From the sequence record SRR31156797_1360: DNA of 64,000 bases; one strand, written 5' to 3'. The stretch's first letter is position 1, and each line of letters begins with the position of its first letter. The translations under genes were made by a program, and so were the position numbers. The notes under the pieces were generated by a model. The model made no database searches, had not been told where the DNA came from, and saw nothing but the letters and a program-made list of their open reading frames with translations. Positions 1 to 6,887 of this stretch are shown here, in pieces.

Positions 1-136
1 CCTGCAGGAAGAAAAATACACCCCTGAAAATCCTTCCTGTAGGCTGTAGGAAAGAAAATACAGGTTGCAAAAACCTTCCTGCAAGTTGCAGGAAACAATT
101 TACACCTTGTGTAATGCTTGCAGCAGCCTGCATAAG
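1..136. repeat. Degenerate 42-bp-period tandem array with palindromic core TTCCTG(C/T)A-N3-TG(C/T)AGGAA, truncated by the window edge
   Basis: (C/T)TG(C/T)AGGAA-like half-sites start at 2, 44, 86 and 128, exactly 42 nt apart; the sequence between cores varies. Confidence 0.8.
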
Positions 137-219
137 ATGATTGCACTTACTATGCTCATTTGCTATCTGTGAATAATTGATATCAGGATATTAATTGTGA
201 AAAATCATTTGTCTTACTT

Positions 220-245
220 TGCATCTTTAGCATTAGAACATCGTC
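220..245 (+). promoter_or_regulatory. Putative ECF (SigZ-like) promoter TGCATC-N16-CGTC upstream of arsR
   Basis: Same -35 hexamer, TTT start of spacer, 16-nt spacing and CGnC element as at 3971-3996 and 6338-6363. Confidence 0.65.
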
Positions 246-486
246 TTATTAGTGTAAATATCATTATTCATAAATGAAAAAATAAATAAGACTATGGTTG
301 ATTTGTAATATCGTTTTAATTACATAGAGAGTAGTGGGATGTTTCTTTAATGTTTTAAACAATAGTGTTTTATATATGCTTACGAGTACATTTTAATCAT
401 AGGATCTACATTATTTCCCCGATAGCAGCTTATGTCTTGTTATCGGGGTTTACTTATTAATTAAAAGTTGAATAAAAAATAGAATA

Positions 487-834
487 ATGAGCTGTAAGAT
501 TCCGATAAAGTACATGAATTTGTCATTGGAATTGGCTACAATGTTGAACGCAATGGCACATCCGGCTCGTGTTCAAATTATAATGCATTTGGCAAAATAC
601 GATGAATGTGAAGCTGGAGGAATATCAGAGAATATACCATTGGCAAAATCAACTGTATCGGAGCATTTGAATAAATTAAAGGAGCTTGGCTTAATATATT
701 GTACTCCCAAGCACAATTACTTGTTGTATAGTTTGAATCAAGATAAATTTCAAAAATTAGTCGACCTATTTAGTAACTTTAAATTACAGGTTACTAACTC
801 TGTAAATAATAAGAATAAATGCACTTGTAAGTAG
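487..834 (+). CDS. ArsR/SmtB family transcriptional regulator
   Basis: AMAHPARVQII helix, LAKSTVSEHLNKLKELGLI HTH, several Cys including C-terminal CTC. Confidence 0.9.
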   Translation: MSCKIPIKYMNLSLELATMLNAMAHPARVQIIMHLAKYDECEAGGISENIPLAKSTVSEHLNKLKELGLIYCTPKHNYLLYSLNQDKFQKLVDLFSNFKLQVTNSVNNKNKCTCK

Positions 835-867
835 ATTTATTTTTATTTGAAGAATTCTTACTTAAAT

Positions 868-908
868 AAAAAAATGGATTGCATTTTCTATGCAATCCAT
901 TTTTTTTG
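868..908. terminator. Bidirectional intrinsic terminator
   Basis: AAAAAAATGGATTGCAT...ATGCAATCCATTTTTTTTT between convergent arsR and GST genes. Confidence 0.85.
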
Positions 909-936
909 ATCACTATAATAAACTACGTAATAGATT

Positions 937-1626
937 TCAAATTGACATTTTTATAAAGTTTTCTGGCAATTTCTTTTTTATTCTACACAAATAGTAGGTA
1001 AGATTATTTAAATAAAATTCGTCAAATACATCGATAAAATCCTTTGGTACTGACCGTTCAGGTATTCCTGTCTCCATAAGATATTTTTGCCACTGTTTCA
1101 GATTTGGAAATTCATTCAGAAAATCATATCCAGTTCTATCTTTTACAATTTGAGCACGATGCAATACAGGAATCCAGGCAACATCAACCATCGATAATTT
1201 ATCACTTTGGAAATATCGGCTTGTTCCAATAAGTGCTTCCATTCTATCCAAACTGTTGAAAAACGGAATTCCATTCTTTAGCATTGAGCTTAAATCAATA
1301 CTTCGCTGTGTATTGCATTGATTGATGTATTGTTCTATAGCTAAGTCCAACCATCTTTGATTGTGATCTTTATAGTTTGTATCCATATCCCCAAAAAATG
1401 GATAATATTGTTTCTCGATGTAATGAATTACTTCTTTTAAACCTGAAATATAATTACCCATTTCAGTTTGAATAGCCGGTTCGATTTCTGGCGAAATGTC
1501 AAGAAACCATTGAGGAATGTTATCTAAATTGAGAAATTCCGATTCATAAGGAAGCCTTATTATTTCCAAAAGTGCTGATATTTTTTGGTAACAAGGACAT
1601 ATTTTAAAACTTATAATCTTTAGCAT
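937..1626 (-). CDS. Glutathione S-transferase family protein (omega-like)
   Basis: N-terminal SFKICPCY active-site-like motif, PQWFLDISP, C-terminal LSMVDVAWIPVLHR and FPNLKQW. Confidence 0.8.
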   Translation of the reverse strand: MLKIISFKICPCYQKISALLEIIRLPYESEFLNLDNIPQWFLDISPEIEPAIQTEMGNYISGLKEVIHYIEKQYYPFFGDMDTNYKDHNQRWLDLAIEQYINQCNTQRSIDLSSMLKNGIPFFNSLDRMEALIGTSRYFQSDKLSMVDVAWIPVLHRAQIVKDRTGYDFLNEFPNLKQWQKYLMETGIPERSVPKDFIDVFDEFYLNNLTYYLCRIKKKLPENFIKMSI

Positions 1627-1635
1627 GATAAATTT

Positions 1636-2376
1636 TTAATGTGTTGAATAGATGGTAAGAATCAGTGATAAAACACTAAGAATTGTAAAAATTATTTTGG
1701 TCCAAAGTATATTGCTTTTCACCAGGAATAATTTGCCTGTGCAACTGCCCAAAAGAACTATAATTACAAGGATACCTGTCTGACTAAAGTTTAAACTTGC
1801 ACCTGTGTTCGATGATAGAATTATACTTGCTAAGCCTATCGATACTACAATTAGATTTTGAAAATGAAGGTATGGTATAGCTTTTTTCATGTCTATTTTT
1901 AATTGGTTGCTTAAAAATGGGATGAGTAATAAGGAAGGTGACAAACCAACATAGGCACTCATACCAGATGCAAACGTGCTATACAAACCTGTTTTGCCGT
2001 GCAATAAATTAGAATCTTTTTTAAGGATTTGGCTTGGAAACCAAAGATAAAGAAGAGAGGTTATCCCAATAAAAAGAAGAATGCCTGTAAAAAGTGTTCC
2101 ATTTACTTTGTGATTGACTAAACCCATTAGAAAATAGGTAATCAGAGAAGGCATTAGGATTTTATAAATAATGGTTTTATCAATTATTTGTATTGCCTTT
2201 TTTATGTGAGGAAGCGAAGTGGTGATAATGAGAATAAAGGATAAAATTTTACTCTCGGCAGATAAACCATTAAAGTAAATTAATATACTCAGGTAAATTA
2301 AACCTCCACCTCTTCCGGTAATCGAAGATAATAATGAAATGATAAAAAAGAATAAGCCAATTTGTAGTGTGTTCAT
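1636..2376 (-). CDS. Sulfite exporter TauE/SafE family membrane protein
   Basis: About 8 TM helices, GRGGGLIY in first repeat and degenerate VGLSPSLLLIP in second. Confidence 0.7.
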   Translation of the reverse strand: MNTLQIGLFFFIISLLSSITGRGGGLIYLSILIYFNGLSAESKILSFILIITTSLPHIKKAIQIIDKTIIYKILMPSLITYFLMGLVNHKVNGTLFTGILLFIGITSLLYLWFPSQILKKDSNLLHGKTGLYSTFASGMSAYVGLSPSLLLIPFLSNQLKIDMKKAIPYLHFQNLIVVSIGLASIILSSNTGASLNFSQTGILVIIVLLGSCTGKLFLVKSNILWTKIIFTILSVLSLILTIYSTH

Positions 2377-2595
2377 TTTTTATTTGAAAAAACGACCTGT
2401 TCCATCAAACGCCATATCCACAAAAGAATATTCCTCAATAGTAAAGCCTTTAATTTTACAGATCGTTTAGTGTAACAATTGCTCAAAATCCTAATATCAA
2501 ACCAATTCTTACAAAAATATAGTGTATAGGTTCTTGCTTTTAGTTAGTGATTATGTCTGATTTTCAATCGAAACCTATACACCGATTCAAATGGA

Positions 2596-2760
2596 TCAAC
2601 CACAGCATTCACCATTCGATTTGTTATCCTCTTTTACTTCTTCAATTTTTATATCACAACAGCTGTTTGCTGCTGGCTTTTTCTTTTTGTCTTCTTTTAC
2701 TTCTTCAATTTGAATAGAACAACAGCTTGAGTTCTTCTTCGATTTTCCAAATAATCCCAT
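2596..2760 (-). CDS. Unannotated 54-aa Cys-rich protein with three CC pairs (MGLFGKSKKNSSCCSIQIEEVKEDKKKKPAANSCCDIKIEEVKEDNKSNGECCG)
   Basis: Manual translation ATG 2760 to TGA 2596; A at -3; internal duplicated SCCxIxIEEVKED; directly downstream of the permease. Confidence 0.85.
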   Translation of the reverse strand: MGLFGKSKKNSSCCSIQIEEVKEDKKKKPAANSCCDIKIEEVKEDNKSNGECCG

Positions 2761-2822
2761 AATCTTAAAATTTTAAAAATGTTATTTCAGCGATTAACGT
2801 TCAGTTCTTAGCTAATCGGTAT

Positions 2823-3803
2823 TTACATGATAATATTAAATGCATAGCCCGTGATTACTGCTACAAGGAAGATGACTCCGATGAATGAAAGCAGTAATTT
2901 TCTTTTGAATATTTTGGCTAGCATTGTCATTTCAGGAATTGCCATTCCGGCACCACCTATAATTAAGGCTATGGCTGTACCCATACCCACACCTTTCGAT
3001 ATTAGGGACATAGCAATCGGAATAGCTGTTTCAGCACGTATGTATAGAGGAATCCCAACTACAGATGCAATAGGCACTGCAAAAATATTTCCATCACCGG
3101 CATATTTAGCTATGGTTTCGCCTTTTGGTAAGTAGCCGTAAATGGCTGCACCAACGGCAACACCAGCAAATAGATAAGGAAGAATTGGAACCAAAGAATC
3201 CCAACCAGCCTTAAGAGATAATCTTGTTTTTTCACCAATGGATAGGGCTCTTCTGGTATCTATACCATTATTAACCGAATGTGCTCCACCTGAAATTTTC
3301 ACTGATTTAACGTGCTTTGAAAAGCCAAATTTATTAAGCAAATAGCCAAATACTACTGATAGCGAAAAGGCGAAAGCAAAGTAGATTGCTGCATTTTGAA
3401 CACCTACGGTTGCTGCTAACATGGCAACAATAATTGGGTTTAACAGAGGCGATGAAATTAAAAATGACATTACCGACCCGAAAGGTACCTTAGCGTTTAG
3501 GAAACCAACTGTCATTGGAATGGTGGAGCAGGCACAAAATGGTGTTACTGCTCCAAATAGAGCTGCTGCAATATTTCCAATTACTCCCTTGCCTTCGAAC
3601 AATTTCTGTAGTTTATTTTGGTTTACATGCATCATGATGTACTCGATGATTGCAGTAATGGCAATAAACAAAATGAATAACTCGAGTGTGATAAATACAA
3701 AATTACCCAGAGTTTTAGTTAAGCCGTCGTAGAATGGAGTTTGAATTACCCCGAATGTATTGTAAAATAAATTTTTGAATACTAGTATTAAACTTTCTTG
3801 CAT
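2823..3803 (-). CDS. ArsP/DUF318 family permease (likely start MQESL at 3803)
   Basis: AVTPFCACSTIP, FLISSPLLNP, GIPLYIRAE and GAGMAIPE motifs. Confidence 0.9.
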   Translation of the reverse strand: MQESLILVFKNLFYNTFGVIQTPFYDGLTKTLGNFVFITLELFILFIAITAIIEYIMMHVNQNKLQKLFEGKGVIGNIAAALFGAVTPFCACSTIPMTVGFLNAKVPFGSVMSFLISSPLLNPIIVAMLAATVGVQNAAIYFAFAFSLSVVFGYLLNKFGFSKHVKSVKISGGAHSVNNGIDTRRALSIGEKTRLSLKAGWDSLVPILPYLFAGVAVGAAIYGYLPKGETIAKYAGDGNIFAVPIASVVGIPLYIRAETAIPIAMSLISKGVGMGTAIALIIGGAGMAIPEMTMLAKIFKRKLLLSFIGVIFLVAVITGYAFNIIM

Positions 3804-3857
3804 GATATTTTTCTTGTTGTTTGTAATAAAATAATTGTCTGTTCTTCTGCACAATTA

Positions 3858-3935
3858 TTAACCCGGACAACAAGCGGTCTTTCCGCTTCTTCCATAAATC
3901 TGCTTAAAGCAGATTATAGATTCGTTCTTCGCCAT
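3858..3935 (-). CDS. Putative 25-aa leader/micro-peptide MAKNESIICFKQIYGRSGKTACCPG
   Basis: ATG 3935 with A at -3, about 35 nt downstream of the ECF-type -10 element; ends CCPG followed by TAA TAA. Confidence 0.5.
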   Translation of the reverse strand: MAKNESIICFKQIYGRSGKTACCPG

Positions 3936-3970
3936 CTTGTAATTCGTTTAAAATTGAAACTCTTAGTAAA

Positions 3971-3996
3971 GGCGTAGAGAAAGTGTGAAAGATGCA
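3971..3996 (-). promoter_or_regulatory. Putative ECF (SigZ-like) promoter TGCATC-N16-CGCC for the permease operon
   Basis: Minus strand TGCATC TTTCACACTTTCTCTA CGCC. Confidence 0.7.
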
Positions 3997-3998
3997 AG

Positions 3999-4031
3999 AA
4001 GGGGTGATTTTTTTTCAAAAACCACCCCTTT
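3999..4031 (-). terminator. Hairpin, probable terminator downstream of sigma factor gene
   Basis: AAGGGGTG...CACCCCTT inverted repeat. Confidence 0.6.
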
Positions 4032-4052
4032 GCTGTATAATTCTACTGTGTA

Positions 4053-4625
4053 TTAGTCTTTTTTGTTTATCTTTTTTTCGAGTAAAGGTGTACAATGGCT
4101 CTTTATTACGCACGTAATGATATTGCCTTGTGCATCGAATTCCATATTGCAGCATTCATAAAACAGATCGCGTAGTTTTCTGCGTGCACGTTGTACTCTT
4201 GATTTTGCACCTGGTAAGCTAATCTCTAATTTTTCGGCGATTTCTTTTTGAGGAATACCCTCAATATCACTCCATTTTAATGGAGTGGCATACTCTTCAG
4301 GTAAAAGATCTATCATATCAGAAATATCCTCCGAAAGTATTTGTTGGAAATCTATAGAATTCAAATGATTTAGATTGATGTAGTCATCCTCTTGTATGGA
4401 TTTGTTCTGGAGTCTAAAGTAATCCACAATTGTATTTCTAGCTACAAAGAACAACCAACTTTTCAGATTTCTGATTTCTGTATCGCGAAGACAGGTTTCC
4501 ATAGCTTTAAGAAAAACTTCCTGCAAGACATCGTCAGCTGTTGATTCATCTTTTATCTGTTGGCGAATAAAAGCCAATAAATGCGTACTGTATTGTTGAT
4601 AGATGCTATGAATATCGCATTGCAT
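4053..4625 (-). CDS. sigZ: ECF RNA polymerase sigma factor, SigZ-like, with Cys-rich C-terminal tail
   Basis: ADDVLQEVFLK and WLFFVARNTIVDYFR (sigma2); QKEIAEKLEISLPGAKSRVQRAR (sigma4); tail ECC...GNIITC...HC. Confidence 0.85.
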   Translation of the reverse strand: MQCDIHSIYQQYSTHLLAFIRQQIKDESTADDVLQEVFLKAMETCLRDTEIRNLKSWLFFVARNTIVDYFRLQNKSIQEDDYINLNHLNSIDFQQILSEDISDMIDLLPEEYATPLKWSDIEGIPQKEIAEKLEISLPGAKSRVQRARRKLRDLFYECCNMEFDAQGNIITCVIKSHCTPLLEKKINKKD

Positions 4626-4741
4626 GATCCTTCGGTGTTTGTTTGAAGTATAAATTAGAAAAATATTTTTTGCAAAACAAAATCAGATTAAAAGGATGAG
4701 TTTGTGCTGAATTTACACTTTTGGTTTGATTTTGGATGATA

Positions 4742-4782
4742 ACGCAAAAGCCCCACATTTATATAATGTGGAGCTTTTGCGT
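4742..4782 (-). terminator. Intrinsic terminator after the outer-membrane protein gene
   Basis: ACGCAAAAGCCCCACATT...AATGTGGAGCTTTTGCGT. Confidence 0.75.
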
Positions 4783-4813
4783 AAATACAAACCAGAACAA
4801 AGGTAAATTATTA

Positions 4814-5533
4814 CTAAAATGAAAATCCAACAATTAAATTGGCTTTTTCTGCTTCTGGATTGATTGTAACTTTTGCCCAAACGGGAATTTTTAACTGCTC
4901 ATTTATTTTAAGATCCTGACTGGCTATTAAGCCAATGTTTACAATATTGGTGTGATCTGCATATAAACTGTTTTCAAAAACATTAGTACCAAGATTAAAG
5001 GTCACGTTTGTTTTATTTATTCTTACCCGATAGTTTAGCTCCAAATAAGAGGAGAAATTCTGATTCAAATTTTCATCCAAATCTCTACCCCAAATTAAAG
5101 TACTCCAGAAAATAGTCAGAGGCAATTTGTCGTTAAAATCATATTTTATACTGGCATCAATAAGATGATTTGTCGTATTTCGATCAAAGTCAAAATATTG
5201 GTAATCGTTTAGTGAAGCTCTGTCTCGTGAGGCATACAAATCCCAAACTTCAAGAGTTAAATGTCTGGTAATAGCATATCCCAAGTGAAAGTCGAATTCG
5301 GAATAGGTATTGTCAAAAGCATAACCTCCCCAAGCTCCAAAGTTGAATTTTTCCGATTTTAGAACTAAATCTCCTTCATAATTTATTGCATCGCTAACCA
5401 TTATTCCACGCCAATAATGACGTGTTGTAATACTTGAATTAAGATTGATATTGGTTTGTGATTTGGCTTTTGTTACAGGTATCAGTTGAGAGGATAATAG
5501 AATCAGTAAAAAAATGCTTCTCTTTAATTTCAT
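4814..5533 (-). CDS. Putative outer-membrane beta-barrel protein (TorF-like)
   Basis: Signal peptide, HYWRG, GAWG and EFD motifs, alternating beta pattern, C-terminal Phe (VGFSF). Confidence 0.65.
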   Translation of the reverse strand: MKLKRSIFLLILLSSQLIPVTKAKSQTNINLNSSITTRHYWRGIMVSDAINYEGDLVLKSEKFNFGAWGGYAFDNTYSEFDFHLGYAITRHLTLEVWDLYASRDRASLNDYQYFDFDRNTTNHLIDASIKYDFNDKLPLTIFWSTLIWGRDLDENLNQNFSSYLELNYRVRINKTNVTFNLGTNVFENSLYADHTNIVNIGLIASQDLKINEQLKIPVWAKVTINPEAEKANLIVGFSF

Positions 5534-5535
5534 AC

Positions 5536-6303
5536 TTACTTTGTCTGGGTTATTTCATATCTAGCATCTGTAATGAGCTGCTTTAATTGATCAAGAGTAA
5601 TTTCCTTCTTGTTGTATTTTATACCAATCACTTTTTTATCTGCACCGATATTATAGAATTTGATTCCCGGTTGTGCTTTCAATTTTTTAATAAAAGGTTT
5701 AATGCAACATTGAGAAGCCATTCCATTTATATGGAAATAAACGGTTCGCAGGTTATTGGAAGCTGAGCAGCAACTTGACTTTGTCTCTTTCGAAAGAGAT
5801 TTAAATTCTGGTTTCGATTGGGTAGAACGCAATGCTTTGGGAACCGAAGTACACAGATTGCAATCGTCCGCAGTCTTTTCTGTTTTAAGGGTGCTTGTTT
5901 CTGGTTTAGAACAACAAGAAGTTTTCTCTATCTTTTGATTTTCTGATGGTGTATCTGCCTTCATATTGTTGGTATAAATCAGCATACCAAGAGTAAATAC
6001 AGTTACTATCCAAAGGAATATTTTTGATTTTTTGTTGTTTGGGGCTGAGGCTGATTTTTCATTGGTACCACAACAGCTGGTATTTTTCTTAAAATAAAGA
6101 CGATAAAAGGCAATTACCAGTGAAAATAGAGCAAAGGCAATAAGGTATGGTTGTATTGAATTTAAAAAATTAAGCTGACTTGCTCCTATACCTACCGATG
6201 CCAAAATACCAGCTGCAATTGGCGCGCCACAACAGGTAATACTTCCTAATATTGCTAAAAATGCAGCTCCGAGTCCTGCAAATGTTGATTTTTCTTTTTT
6301 CAT
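5536..6303 (-). CDS. MerT-like membrane protein fused to Cys-rich linker and C-terminal HMA-like domain
   Basis: TM1 SITCCGAP, QPYLIA...AFYRLY, repeated SCC motifs, FHINGMASQCC ferredoxin-like end domain. Confidence 0.8.
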   Translation of the reverse strand: MKKEKSTFAGLGAAFLAILGSITCCGAPIAAGILASVGIGASQLNFLNSIQPYLIAFALFSLVIAFYRLYFKKNTSCCGTNEKSASAPNNKKSKIFLWIVTVFTLGMLIYTNNMKADTPSENQKIEKTSCCSKPETSTLKTEKTADDCNLCTSVPKALRSTQSKPEFKSLSKETKSSCCSASNNLRTVYFHINGMASQCCIKPFIKKLKAQPGIKFYNIGADKKVIGIKYNKKEITLDQLKQLITDARYEITQTK

Positions 6304-6337
6304 TTTTAAAACTTTAATAGTGAAAACACATATTTAA

Positions 6338-6363
6338 GTCGGAGTGAGCTATGGAAAGATGCA
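6338..6363 (-). promoter_or_regulatory. Putative ECF (SigZ-like) promoter TGCATC-N16-CGAC for the merT-like operon
   Basis: Minus strand TGCATC TTTCCATAGCTCACTC CGAC, about 35 nt before ATG 6303. Confidence 0.7.
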
Positions 6364-6408
6364 ATTGCGGAGATAAAAATCAGGAAAGAGAGGAAGATAT
6401 CTTTCTTT

Positions 6409-6422
6409 GTAACAAATGTTAC
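6409..6422. promoter_or_regulatory. Palindromic operator GTAAC-AAAT-GTTAC (Crp/Fnr-family-like geometry) upstream of cupin
   Basis: Perfect 5-4-5 inverted repeat about 70 nt upstream of the cupin ATG. Confidence 0.55.
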
Positions 6423-6489
6423 TGTTTTTTAGATGAGGATGTTCGACCTTTACCAAAAAGGGAGATAAAATAAGTTAATACTGTAAGTC

Positions 6490-6816
6490 ATGGAAATAAA
6501 AAAGATATTTGAAACGGAATCATTTGTAAATCATCATGGTGTTGAAGCCAGAAAAATTCACCAGAACGATCACCTATTTATGGTGCATCTGAATTTAAAA
6601 CCTGGCGATACAATAGGCAAGCATGCAGCTCCTGTTGATGTTTGTTTTTTGGTTCTGGAGGGAAAAGGAATAGTTGAAATTGGTGGTGAATGCCAGGAAG
6701 TGGAGGCAAATACTTTAATTCAAAGTCCTGCAAATTTAGGACACGGCTGGAGAAATGAGAGCGAGGATGTATTACGTATTTTGGTGATGAAAACACCAAA
6801 TCCAAATAAGAAGTAG
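6490..6816 (+). CDS. Cupin domain protein
   Basis: LKPGDTIGKH...FLVLEGKG...PANLGHGWRN cupin motifs. Confidence 0.9.
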   Translation: MEIKKIFETESFVNHHGVEARKIHQNDHLFMVHLNLKPGDTIGKHAAPVDVCFLVLEGKGIVEIGGECQEVEANTLIQSPANLGHGWRNESEDVLRILVMKTPNPNKK

Positions 6817-6837
6817 GCAATAATTAATCCGTTTTGT

Positions 6838-6872
6838 AAAAACTCATCAGTGTTTTCACTGATGAGCTTTTC
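6838..6872. terminator. Bidirectional terminator
   Basis: AAAACTCATCAGTG...CACTGATGAGCTTTT. Confidence 0.8.
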
Positions 6873-6887
6873 TATTTTTACAATTTA

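Noticed and set aside
1-136. CRISPR array
   Set aside because: Repeats are short and imperfect, spacers are about 23 nt and partly similar, and no cas gene is visible; kept only as a repeat
2575-2598. Selenocysteine read-through of the TGA after CCG in the microprotein
   Set aside because: Read-through gives only a few residues with another TGA, and no convincing SECIS or Sec machinery is seen in the window
2851-3732. Plus-strand ORFs of 94 and 103 aa
   Set aside because: Antisense shadows of the permease
6578-6820. 80-aa minus-strand ORF
   Set aside because: Antisense to the cupin gene
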